A DNA stretch of 64,000 nucleotides, taken from contig CATOTL010000002.1 of NCBI GenBank assembly GCA_951813545.1, positions 5,185 through 69,184 on the forward strand, given 5' to 3'. The notes beneath the pieces were generated by a model. The model had not been told where the DNA came from. It did not search any database and saw nothing but the letters and a program-made list of their open reading frames with translations. Position numbers and translations under genes: made by a program. Shown here in pieces: positions 23,351 through 31,688 of the stretch. This stretch comes from an uncultured Poribacteria bacterium (GTDB lineage: Bacteria; Poribacteria; WGA-4E; WGA-3G). Numbering within the stretch: the first letter of the stretch is position 1; every line of letters begins with the position of its first letter.

Positions 23351-23403
23351 TCCAACCGCTCGCGGGGAGCGTATCCCCGCTTCTAATCGAACCATTCTGG
23401 AAT
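23351..23403 (+). repeat. ~55-nt intergenic repeat, copy B (partial copy C at 23024-23052)
   Basis: TCCAACCGCTCGCGGGGAGCGTATCCCCGCTTCTAATCGAACCATTCTGGAAT. Confidence 0.7.
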
Positions 23404-23406
23404 TTT

Positions 23407-23871
23407 ATGGCTGGCGAGCCGAAAACGCGTGGGGAAAATATGAAAATAGATGATCCTAAATCCGAGAAAGCGACCATAGAGAACTTCTCCTTTTTAGATA
23501 AAGACGGAGAATACATCGGGAAGGTTTCCCGGACAGTATCCAAGAACTATCCCAATCCCAAGTGGACAGCGTTTTTGGGGATATTCGGGATCAAAAGTTT
23601 TGAAAACATAGAGGACGCAATAGAATGCGTCAAAGAGACAGCAAAGCATCCTGAAAACATTCAGGAACGCTATGCTATAAAAAAGATGCAACCTGACCCA
23701 AAACCTGAAATGCAAGTGTTTATAGATGAAGGCAAGTCGGAAATTGAGGCGACTGTCGCAGTCGTGAATTTGGACACTGGACAACGCTCGTATGGCACAG
23801 CCGTTCAGGACAAGTCCAAGAAATCGGACGTGTGCGCGAAGCAGAAGGCTATCTCAAAACCGCACAGATAA
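23407..23871 (+). CDS. Hypothetical protein with a truncated Rad52-like annealing motif at the C-terminus
   Basis: LDTGQRSYGTAVQ..DVCAKQKAISK parallels the motif in 24251..25258. Alternative start at 23440. Confidence 0.45.
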   Translation: MAGEPKTRGENMKIDDPKSEKATIENFSFLDKDGEYIGKVSRTVSKNYPNPKWTAFLGIFGIKSFENIEDAIECVKETAKHPENIQERYAIKKMQPDPKPEMQVFIDEGKSEIEATVAVVNLDTGQRSYGTAVQDKSKKSDVCAKQKAISKPHR

Positions 23872-23963
23872 GGAGGCGGGGTCGGTGATGTCCCCGTTCA
23901 AACAGATGGCTACAGGCAACCGCAACCGGTGGGTACTACCCGCCACAATGAAGGAGACCCCTC

Positions 23964-24242
23964 GTGATTTCAGCCAACGAGTTAAATGCCCGACTTGACG
24001 ACCAGCTCCGCGACGATTTAGATACCTACGCGGAACGGTTTTTCAAGAAGCCGAACAATCGGGGCGACCGCTCAAAAGCGGCTCGCCACTTGCTCGCTTC
24101 AATTTTTGACCTGGAGAGAATGCCACAAGTCGCCAGCATTCTTGACGGTGATATGATAATCAACGGCGACATCACCATCCTTATCCGAACCGCGATGGCA
24201 GAATACATCGCGTCACTGGATAAGGAACACGAATTACAATAG
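23964..24242 (+). CDS. Putative ribbon-helix-helix (Arc/CopG-like) regulator
   Basis: N-terminal beta-strand plus helix pattern ANELNARLDDQLRDDLDTYAE ... RSKAARHLL. GTG start with AAGGAG upstream. Confidence 0.4.
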   Translation: MISANELNARLDDQLRDDLDTYAERFFKKPNNRGDRSKAARHLLASIFDLERMPQVASILDGDMIINGDITILIRTAMAEYIASLDKEHELQ

Positions 24243-24250
24243 GAGACATA

Positions 24251-25258
24251 ATGTCTGACGAAAAAAATGTTGAGGAAACTCAACAACCGGAAGAACAAGC
24301 AGAACAATTACCTGTTGCTACTGAAGGTGAGGCGTGGGAAGTTGTCGAGACAATTGACGACCTGGTAGCATCGGGACAGTCTAACGAGTTCATGAAAAAT
24401 CAGTTCTATTTTGAATTCAAGCAAGGGGACCGCATCGTGCGCGGACTCACCGTCGCGGCTTATGCGCATCTCGCACTTGTAGAAAACGTCTCTATCGAGG
24501 ACTTGGAAGTTGTTGGGCTCAAGACGGGGTATGAAGCCAATGCCATTGCCGTGAAGTTGGACACCGGACAGCGTGCGCATGGTACAGCCTTTCAGCCCTA
24601 TATGGACTCGTACGGAAAATTGGACGTGTTCGCGAAGCAGAAGGCGATATCGAAGGCGTGCAGGAACGCTCGCAAGCAACTATTGCCTTACCAGTTAGTG
24701 GTAGAGGCTATCAGCAATCTCGCTGGCTTGCCGAATGCACTACCACCCGCACCCACCAAAGACGCTAATGGCAAGACGCTCAAGGAACGTAAGCAAGGCG
24801 AAATGTTTGCTGTATTCGCGGAGCGCGAAAAAGAATTAGCGGACATGGGTATCGACAAATTCACTTTTTGGGCTGCTGTCAAGGTCAGAAGCGGAATCTT
24901 GTCAAGAGCGGAGATGACCGAAGTCCAAATGGTTAGCGTCATTGAATCTCTGCGTACCAAACCTCTGCCGAAATGGATTGCGGACTTGAAAGAACCAAAT
25001 CATAAGGTTCGCTTATTCGCGATTACAGAGGAATATAAGAGCGAATTACCCGAAGACATTTGGGACAAAATCAAGCAAAAGACGGGTGTCAAGGACATTA
25101 AGCGTCTCACGTTAGCGCATGCCAAAATCTGTTACGATGAGATACGTGCTGAACTCGGCATGGACGTGGATACCGATGAGCCGCCTGAAGGAGACGCTGC
25201 TGAAGAAAAGCAAGAGGCTTCAGAACCCGAAACGTCGGAGAGCAATATCCCATTTTAA
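24251..25258 (+). CDS. Putative Rad52-like single-strand annealing protein with an SSB-like acidic IPF C-terminus
   Basis: The motif HGTAFQP..GKLDVFAKQKAISKACRNARKQL resembles Rad52/Sak-type SSAPs. The C-terminus is EPETSESNIPF. Confidence 0.45.
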   Translation: MSDEKNVEETQQPEEQAEQLPVATEGEAWEVVETIDDLVASGQSNEFMKNQFYFEFKQGDRIVRGLTVAAYAHLALVENVSIEDLEVVGLKTGYEANAIAVKLDTGQRAHGTAFQPYMDSYGKLDVFAKQKAISKACRNARKQLLPYQLVVEAISNLAGLPNALPPAPTKDANGKTLKERKQGEMFAVFAEREKELADMGIDKFTFWAAVKVRSGILSRAEMTEVQMVSVIESLRTKPLPKWIADLKEPNHKVRLFAITEEYKSELPEDIWDKIKQKTGVKDIKRLTLAHAKICYDEIRAELGMDVDTDEPPEGDAAEEKQEASEPETSESNIPF

Positions 25259-25275
25259 CCAACAACGAGGTAGAG
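24785..25275 (+). repeat. ~490-bp direct repeat, copy 1
   Basis: Encodes a 165-aa C-terminal module about 95 percent identical to that of 25301..25933. Confidence 0.9.
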
Positions 25276-25293
25276 ACGCGGCAACGCGTCTCT
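25272..25293 (+). promoter_or_regulatory. GCGCG-stem intercistronic hairpin
   Basis: AGAGACGCG gcaa CGCGTCTCT. Confidence 0.55.
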
Positions 25294-25300
25294 GTTAACA

Positions 25301-25933
25301 ATGCCAGAAAATCTTGAGCGTCGAGGCAACAAACGATACCATATCTATGACTGCGAACGCTGCGGTATACATGTTGAAGAGTGGGTAGATGTCCAAATCC
25401 CACCCGGATTCAAGTATTGTGACGTATGTGCAATAATCTTTATAGATGAATTACTTACGGAACTTAAGCAAGGCGAAATGTTTGTTGTGTTCGAGGAGCA
25501 CGAAAAAGAATTAGCGGACATGGGTATCGACAAATTCACTTTTTGGGCTGCTGTCAAAGTCAGAAGCGGAATCTTGTCAAGAGCGGAGATGACCGAAGTC
25601 CAAATGGTTAGCGTCATTGAATCTCTGCGTACCAAACCTCTGCCGAAATGGATTGCGGACTTGAAAGAACCAAATCATAAGGTTCGCTTATTCGCAATTA
25701 CAGAGGAATATAAGAGCGAATTACCGGAAGAGATTTGGGACAAAATCAAGCAAAAGACGGGTGTCAAGGACCTTAGACGGCTGACGTTAGCGCATGCGAA
25801 AACATGTTACGATGAGATACGCGCTGAACTCGGCATGGACGTGGATACCGATGAGCCGCCTGAAGGAGACACTGCTGAAGAAAAGCAAGAGGCTTCAGAA
25901 CCCGAAACGTCGGAGAGCAATATCCCATTTTAA
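25301..25933 (+). CDS. Zinc-ribbon protein sharing the C-terminal module and IPF tail of the SSAP-like gene
   Basis: N-terminal CERC...CDVC motif. The C-terminal 165 aa are near-identical to 24251..25258. Confidence 0.6.
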   Translation: MPENLERRGNKRYHIYDCERCGIHVEEWVDVQIPPGFKYCDVCAIIFIDELLTELKQGEMFVVFEEHEKELADMGIDKFTFWAAVKVRSGILSRAEMTEVQMVSVIESLRTKPLPKWIADLKEPNHKVRLFAITEEYKSELPEEIWDKIKQKTGVKDLRRLTLAHAKTCYDEIRAELGMDVDTDEPPEGDTAEEKQEASEPETSESNIPF

Positions 25934-25945
25934 CCAACGAGGCAG
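25460..25945 (+). repeat. ~490-bp direct repeat, copy 2
   Basis: See copy 1. Confidence 0.9.
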
Positions 25946-25964
25946 GGGCGCGGTGACGTGTCCC
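25943..25964 (+). promoter_or_regulatory. GGCGCG-stem intercistronic hairpin
   Basis: AGGGGCGCG gtga CGTGTCCCT. Confidence 0.5.
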
Positions 25965-25992
25965 TGTATCTCAAGAGATTGGAGGATAAATC

Positions 25993-26217
25993 ATGAAAGA
26001 CGCAAAATTTAAAGTTGGGGACGTTGTGAGCTATGACGGCAACACAGCCAAGATACGGGGCATGCGTTTCGTCTGCTCCGATCTCGGGACCGAAGGTTGG
26101 GAATACTATTGCAAAGAAACCGCGATGATGCGCCCTGACAAAACTGGCGCAACACACGGAACAATCACCCGATACTACTGGGTACAGGAGGATAAAATCA
26201 GTGGCATATCCACGTGA
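25993..26217 (+). CDS. Early hypothetical protein
   Basis: 74 aa, GGAGG upstream. Confidence 0.6.
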   Translation: MKDAKFKVGDVVSYDGNTAKIRGMRFVCSDLGTEGWEYYCKETAMMRPDKTGATHGTITRYYWVQEDKISGIST

Positions 26218-26395
26218 TACAGGTGTTTGTAAATTCTGTGGTAAGACTATCTATTGGATACGCACCGCAAAGAACGATAAGCCTACACCGATTGAAATCA
26301 AACTCACCACCATCTACAACAAGGATAGGGAGATTGTGCAAGGACACGAACCCCATCATGCGCATTGCCCCAATTATCCGGGAAATAAGAGGTGA
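26201..26395 (+). CDS. Small zinc-binding-like protein
   Basis: CKFC ... HHAHC motif. GTG start with AGGAGG upstream. Confidence 0.5.
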   Translation: MAYPRDTGVCKFCGKTIYWIRTAKNDKPTPIEIKLTTIYNKDREIVQGHEPHHAHCPNYPGNKR

Positions 26396-26760
26396 AATTC
26401 ATGAACGTCGTCTTGGCAGAGTTTCTACACGCAAACGAAGCCATCAAACTGATTCGAGAAAAACATTCTGATGTCGTTGACGCTGAAGCTGTAGAGATTT
26501 TACAACAGAACGTCGATATGTATTACCAGCGATGTCTCTATTGCTCAGAAAATGAGCAGACAGAACTCATAGGACAGATGAAGGTGATGTTTGTTCAGTT
26601 TCAGGAACGGTTTCTCGCATTCCTACCGGTTGAGAAACGCCCGATTGTGTACGCACCCGAAGTGCCAGCCGGCGCGTTGGCGAAAGCGGAAGGTGAAGTG
26701 TCTGATGATGAAATCGATGCACTGCTTGAAGAAATAGATGCTTTACTCGAAGATGTGTAG
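26392..26760 (+). CDS. Early hypothetical protein with an acidic C-terminal repeat (DDEIDALLEEIDALLEDV)
   Basis: 122-aa ORF. Alternative ATG at 26401. Confidence 0.55.
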   Translation: MKFMNVVLAEFLHANEAIKLIREKHSDVVDAEAVEILQQNVDMYYQRCLYCSENEQTELIGQMKVMFVQFQERFLAFLPVEKRPIVYAPEVPAGALAKAEGEVSDDEIDALLEEIDALLEDV

Positions 26761-26803
26761 TGGGGTATCCTATGCGACAGGAGGTTCTAATCGGTCAGAA
26801 AAG

Positions 26804-26830
26804 CCGTCAATAGACTTGACGGTTTTTTTT
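26804..26830 (+). terminator. Intrinsic terminator CCGTCAA tagac TTGACGG plus T8
   Basis: Read directly. Its twin lies at 27110-27136. Confidence 0.8.
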
Positions 26831-26899
26831 GTTTTTTTTTTCTGGACACAAAATGTTATACTTGTTAGTATATCTACTATATTTTCTAAAAAGGACAAA

Positions 26900-27049
26900 A
26901 TGATGAAAATAGTGATATGTTTTCTAATTGCTTTATTTTTCTGCGGGGTTGTCCCTTACTTTTTGGTGTGGTATGATGAAAAAAATTGGTATCAGGAAGG
27001 AGAGCGTTTAAGAAAACTATACTGGTTTGATAAGGAATATTGGAGGTAA
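26900..27049 (+). CDS. Small membrane protein (49 aa), moron-like
   Basis: MMKIVICFLIALFFCGVVPYFLVWY..., with AAGGA upstream. Bracketed by duplicated terminators. AT-rich. Confidence 0.5.
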   Translation: MMKIVICFLIALFFCGVVPYFLVWYDEKNWYQEGERLRKLYWFDKEYWR

Positions 27050-27109
27050 ATTAATGCTTATCCAAGTATTTGACATTGGCAATTCGCACTTGAAAATCGG
27101 TAAGAAAAA

Positions 27110-27136
27110 CCGTCAATAGATTTGACGGTTTTTTTT
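27110..27136 (+). terminator. Intrinsic terminator CCGTCAA tagat TTGACGG plus T8
   Basis: Read directly. Confidence 0.8.
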
Positions 27137-27157
27137 ATGTGTGGTATTATATTAAAC

Positions 27158-27478
27158 ATGAGAGACAATACACTTCGAGAACCCCTTAATTTCTCTGTTA
27201 TTGAGAAAATTAATACTGATGCGACAGCGGAGCCGATATGGTCAGAATTACCAACACTCACAGTTGCACCCGGTGAAGTTGTTCGTTTTCTGTTCCGAGA
27301 TTATATCTACAATGTGGGGGATCTCGAATATATCGTTGATGGTGATGAAAATGAGACAGGTGAGTTGCTTTACGTTGTCCCTAATGCGGCTGGTACATTT
27401 ATAAGTTTGGTGATCCGAGCCATAGATGCCGAAACGCGGGTTTACAAAGAGGCAACACTCACGTTAATGGTTGAATAA
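27158..27478 (+). CDS. Hypothetical protein, beta-rich (Ig-like?)
   Basis: ATG at 27158 (track start 27122 lies inside the terminator). TGGTATTAT, an extended -10-like box, ends 7 nt upstream. Confidence 0.5.
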   Translation: MRDNTLREPLNFSVIEKINTDATAEPIWSELPTLTVAPGEVVRFLFRDYIYNVGDLEYIVDGDENETGELLYVVPNAAGTFISLVIRAIDAETRVYKEATLTLMVE

Positions 27479-27480
27479 CT

Positions 27481-27891
27481 ATGAATTATCAGAAACGTCC
27501 AGCCCCACGTGCAGCTGTCCGATTGATGACACGGGTGGTACAACGATTCACACCAGAGCCGCCAGTTTTTGAAGGTGTGCCAGCGTCTATCGACATTGAC
27601 GAACCGGTTGAATTGTATCCGGGCTTTGAAAAATTTGTCAAGATGCGCTATTTCACTGGTACACCTGTAGCAGATGGACCCTTCACGATAGATTATTATC
27701 TATCGGAAGGCGAAGCAGAAAATAATATCAACCGACTCATAGCGGATAAACCCTTGCATAAGATCAACCCGACTAAACCCTTTGGGTTTCCAAATTCACA
27801 TTTTGATGGCACAGTCAAGTTTTATGTGCCAGAGGATTGGGTGTATATTGGTAGGACATTATGGGGAGTAATCACGATTTATCAAGGGTAA
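27481..27891 (+). CDS. Hypothetical protein
   Basis: 136-aa ORF, 2 nt after the previous stop. Confidence 0.55.
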   Translation: MNYQKRPAPRAAVRLMTRVVQRFTPEPPVFEGVPASIDIDEPVELYPGFEKFVKMRYFTGTPVADGPFTIDYYLSEGEAENNINRLIADKPLHKINPTKPFGFPNSHFDGTVKFYVPEDWVYIGRTLWGVITIYQG

Positions 27892-27896
27892 GGGTG

Positions 27897-28913
27897 TTAT
27901 TCGATTTCCAACAATTCGCGCAACTCCTTTTCAAATGCCAAGTTGATGACCCCGTGCAGGATGTTGCCCGGCGGATTAGACCGAAAATAATAGGACAGAT
28001 CGTTTGTAAGGATACCTGCTGCCTTGTATAAATTCGTTACATCCAACCCGAATTTCTGTGTCCAATAGCCTGCGATAATTTCATCGTTGCCCCAATAAGG
28101 TGCGTATGTGCGCATCCACTCTATAAAATCTTTGTGATGCGTGTGGTAATGTTTCGCCGGATACGTCCATAGCGAACATGCGGGTTTTAGGATCGTTGTC
28201 CGTTGCGTCGATACGCCTGACATCTCCAGCAATGCATCGACAGATATTCCGCTTTTCTCTATATCCAACGCGAGTTTATGGAGAAGATGCGCCTCTAAAT
28301 CTTTATTATCGGTAATCGAAATATGGAGATACCCTGCCTGTTTCGGCAAGTTAGGCGTATGCGTGAACATCTTGTTCGGTAGAAGTTCCTCTGGGTTGTT
28401 TAAATCCCGTGTGCTTTCGTTGGGCATGAACAATATATCCGCATCCCAAACCCAAAGCCATTCATACCCCGCAAACCGTTCGTCCCAGTAAGCAACCATC
28501 TGTCTACCAAGATACCCCCAACTCCCGTCTTTGCTTTTTTCAAGCGGCTCCGTGGTGAACCAAATCACATCGTTGTCTATGTCCACAAAGTTTTTTTCAA
28601 AAGTCGGAATGACACGATCTGCGAGGATGTCCTCTACAAAAAATTTGATTTCAACCGCGCGCAATATAGCATCTGTGTACTTCAGACACGACCACCGAGA
28701 ATAAATTGCATACCGAACCCACGCCTCGATGTTCGCAACACGGGTATAGTCATCCCGAAAAAGCGGGATCAGGCACAATATATCTGGATTGACGAAAGGG
28801 GGAACATCAATCGGTGCTTGTAAGTCAGGCAACCGCCATGCCCCCCGATACATCGGATCAATCCAATCAGAGGTTGTCCCATGTGCTGGAAACGGCTTAT
28901 TGTTAATTCGCAT
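27897..28913 (-). CDS. Putative GT-A-type glycosyltransferase (DxD)
   Basis: 338 aa. WLWVWDADILF is DxD-like. Sits in the glycan island. Confidence 0.35.
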   Translation of the reverse strand: MRINNKPFPAHGTTSDWIDPMYRGAWRLPDLQAPIDVPPFVNPDILCLIPLFRDDYTRVANIEAWVRYAIYSRWSCLKYTDAILRAVEIKFFVEDILADRVIPTFEKNFVDIDNDVIWFTTEPLEKSKDGSWGYLGRQMVAYWDERFAGYEWLWVWDADILFMPNESTRDLNNPEELLPNKMFTHTPNLPKQAGYLHISITDNKDLEAHLLHKLALDIEKSGISVDALLEMSGVSTQRTTILKPACSLWTYPAKHYHTHHKDFIEWMRTYAPYWGNDEIIAGYWTQKFGLDVTNLYKAAGILTNDLSYYFRSNPPGNILHGVINLAFEKELRELLEIE

Positions 28914-28916
28914 ACT

Positions 28917-29336
28917 TTAGTTGTTTAGTGCCGCTTGACGGATCGCAACAAGCCCATAATAGGATTTATTCGCCGCAAGATTTGAAGGTACAGTGCCGTC
29001 CACCTGCCCTGCATGTTCCCCCCGAGTGACATTCATCTCAGCTGCACCACTCGGTGTCATGGTCGCTGCAAGCACATTAGTTCCAGAACCGAAAGACCAA
29101 TTCGAGTCTGCTGTGCCAGCCAAGATATTGTTTTGGACTGTCTGTCGCGCAGCAGCAGTCTCATAGATCGCGAAACCAATATCTGTCGCCGCAGGATCAA
29201 ATCCAGGGTTATATTTAATCGGCACAGTAAAACTCTCACTTGCACCCACAGTAGAATCATAACTTTCCACACGTATTGAAGCTGTTTCAGACTCTACTCT
29301 TGCATTAATCAAAAATACATCAACATCATTTGGCAT
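28917..29336 (-). CDS. Hypothetical S/T/A/N-rich beta protein
   Basis: 139-aa ORF. A possible substrate or structural protein. Confidence 0.5.
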   Translation of the reverse strand: MPNDVDVFLINARVESETASIRVESYDSTVGASESFTVPIKYNPGFDPAATDIGFAIYETAAARQTVQNNILAGTADSNWSFGSGTNVLAATMTPSGAAEMNVTRGEHAGQVDGTVPSNLAANKSYYGLVAIRQAALNN

Positions 29337-29352
29337 GATATGCCTCCTTTTT

Positions 29353-29634
29353 TTAGTCGTTTAAGTTTTCTGTTTCGCCCATATTTTTGAGTTCGTTCAG
29401 GCTGGTGTCGTAATAATTAACATCTTCGACACGGACACGGTAATACTCGAGGAGAATGGCTTTATACATTTCTCCTTCATGTTCCACTTCCACGATATAG
29501 TATGTGCGTTCTAACGCGTTTATCGCGTGAAGCGGCACATCCGGGTTAAGAAGCAAACAGGGAAACGGGTCTGTGATCGATTTTTCAAACATCACACTTT
29601 CTTCTATAAAATCTCCGTTAAGATCAAAAGGCAT
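29353..29634 (-). CDS. Hypothetical protein
   Basis: 93-aa ORF. Confidence 0.5.
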   Translation of the reverse strand: MPFDLNGDFIEESVMFEKSITDPFPCLLLNPDVPLHAINALERTYYIVEVEHEGEMYKAILLEYYRVRVEDVNYYDTSLNELKNMGETENLND

Positions 29635-29643
29635 TTTTATTCC

Positions 29644-30216
29644 TCATAGATTGAGTTTGACCAAAGCAATGTTATCCGTTTGTGGGTGGTGCGCGGGGAC
29701 CTGCACAACTAACAGCCGCGGGTCTCCAATCGCCTGAAGTCGGGTATAAAGCCGAGAGATGCGCACGTCCTCACAAACCATGATAGATGGCTCTGCACAA
29801 AGTGCTGAATACAAAGTAAAGAAAACATTTTGTTGTTCGTCATGGTGGTCGCCATCGTCAATAATCAGATGATAAGGACCGTGTTCTTTCGCTGCAGCGA
29901 CCCCCTCGGCTGTATAAGCATCCACTTGGAGAAACGTCCCTTTCTCGCCGAATTCAGATGTTAGGGGCAGAATATCCAACCCTACAAACTTTTCAACAAA
30001 CGGCATCTGTGAAAAAGCGTGTCCACTCCCTTCACCGAAACGGCTTACCCCTATCTCTAAAATCCGTATAGGCACTTCAACGATCGCTAACAATGCAATA
30101 AAGATAAAATCGTAGAGATCGCTATAATCGTGCGCGGATACGGTCTTATCGGAAGCAGATGCTTTTAGATAGTTTGATGGACGGTCTTTTAAGATATTTC
30201 TAATCATCATCACCAT
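29644..30216 (-). CDS. Class I SAM-dependent methyltransferase, CmcI/rhamnosyl-O-methyltransferase-like
   Basis: ILEIGVSRFGEGSG (motif I), VGLDI, LIIDDGDHH. Confidence 0.5.
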   Translation of the reverse strand: MVMMIRNILKDRPSNYLKASASDKTVSAHDYSDLYDFIFIALLAIVEVPIRILEIGVSRFGEGSGHAFSQMPFVEKFVGLDILPLTSEFGEKGTFLQVDAYTAEGVAAAKEHGPYHLIIDDGDHHDEQQNVFFTLYSALCAEPSIMVCEDVRISRLYTRLQAIGDPRLLVVQVPAHHPQTDNIALVKLNL

Positions 30217-30317
30217 TGCCGCTGTAAACTGCGTTTATGATAAACGTGCTTGTGGCGTTGGGCATCCCGAACACCGATACAAAAACCGGTAATACTGTCA
30301 ATAAAAGATTCCGACGT

Positions 30318-30740
30318 TTACGAAACATCTCCCACCTCTATTCCAACAACAATCAACCCGTGTTTCCTATTCAGTGCTTCTAAGGATGTAAAGATATTGC
30401 CCATCAATCCGGATGTGCCTTCCAAAATCTCTAAAGCCTTATCAGACACAAGAAACGGATCATCAGAGACCGCATATTCCAGATCCTTGTAGTTTGATAC
30501 TGGAATATGATATAGAGACGGGGTGTATGGAGAACTGTTAAATAACGGAGCAGAACATAATTCCATTTCTTTCATCTGAAAAATGATAACAGGATTCCTA
30601 ATCATATGTGCCAGTTGAAACTTTCTATATATCTCTATCAATTTTGTATCTGTTCCCTCATGTGAAACGATAGCAAACGCAAGCGGTTCTTCTCGAGATT
30701 TATAGACATCTAACGTGAAATGGTCTAAGTTTAGGTTCAT
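30318..30740 (-). CDS. Hypothetical protein
   Basis: 140-aa ORF abutting the GT gene. Confidence 0.5.
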   Translation of the reverse strand: MNLNLDHFTLDVYKSREEPLAFAIVSHEGTDTKLIEIYRKFQLAHMIRNPVIIFQMKEMELCSAPLFNSSPYTPSLYHIPVSNYKDLEYAVSDDPFLVSDKALEILEGTSGLMGNIFTSLEALNRKHGLIVVGIEVGDVS

Positions 30741-31688
30741 CTATAACACCCTCCGTATGATGTCGTTCAGTTGACCCAGCGATGCATCATAAGACCAATT
30801 CTCTTTCGCAAATTCCACATTATCTGCCGATGTTGCATCCGCGTCATCAAAATTATTAAGGATGGCGAGGCACTCTTGTAGTGTCGTGAACCGATGCGCG
30901 TTCGGCCACTCGTCAAAACACAGATGCGGACCCGCGACAATCTCTAAACCGGCAGCGTGTGCCTCCATGCCCATACGGTTACAGGTTTCGTAATGTGAGT
31001 TGACGACAAAAAATCGGGCTTCACCCATAATGGTGGCAACCTTGTTAGCGGGCTGTTGTCCGTGAAATACGTCTACAGACGCTTTAAGCGATCTTTCTAA
31101 CATAAGAGATTTGTAATCCGGGTTCCCCCACCCTGATGCCGATCCTATATAGCCTGTCTCAACCGTTTTTAGATTATTGAAAAGCTCGATAAAAAATTCA
31201 GAGTTCTTAGCGGTGGATATATTGCCACCAGATAACACGGTATCCCCCCGTGTTCTGCTGGGACGGAACAGGTCGCAATCAATAGGTTCGCGCACGATAC
31301 CCAAGACAGGGAGTTGGAAGTCCTGCATATAGTTGAGTTGCCATTTGCAGTTAGCAATCCAGCCATCAACGCATTTCTTTAGTTCTTCAATCGCAAAGCC
31401 GGGCCATCTCAACAATTCGCTATCTGAACCATATACAAAAACAAAAGCATCGTGTGCTTTGAGGTCTTTTGAAAGTTGTTCTATCCGCTCAAAATCGTTG
31501 ATAGCAAGAAGCTCACAGATGATTACATCAACTTCGGCATTTCTAAAAGTGTCCTGCGTTGCGATCTCGATGGTGTGGATACCGCTGTCTTCCCACGCCT
31601 TTGTGACCGCACTTGTTTTTGTGCCCATTCCCCCGGCACTTCTGTTGTTGATGAAGTGGGGGTTTGAGATATAGCAGATTCGGGACAT
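30741..31688 (-). CDS. GT-B (GT4-like) glycosyltransferase
   Basis: N-terminal ICYISNP..SAGGMG and C-terminal FVVNSHYETCNRMGMEAHAAGLEIVAG (E-x7-E-like). GAGGAGG lies 7 nt upstream. Confidence 0.6.
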   Translation of the reverse strand: MSRICYISNPHFINNRSAGGMGTKTSAVTKAWEDSGIHTIEIATQDTFRNAEVDVIICELLAINDFERIEQLSKDLKAHDAFVFVYGSDSELLRWPGFAIEELKKCVDGWIANCKWQLNYMQDFQLPVLGIVREPIDCDLFRPSRTRGDTVLSGGNISTAKNSEFFIELFNNLKTVETGYIGSASGWGNPDYKSLMLERSLKASVDVFHGQQPANKVATIMGEARFFVVNSHYETCNRMGMEAHAAGLEIVAGPHLCFDEWPNAHRFTTLQECLAILNNFDDADATSADNVEFAKENWSYDASLGQLNDIIRRVL

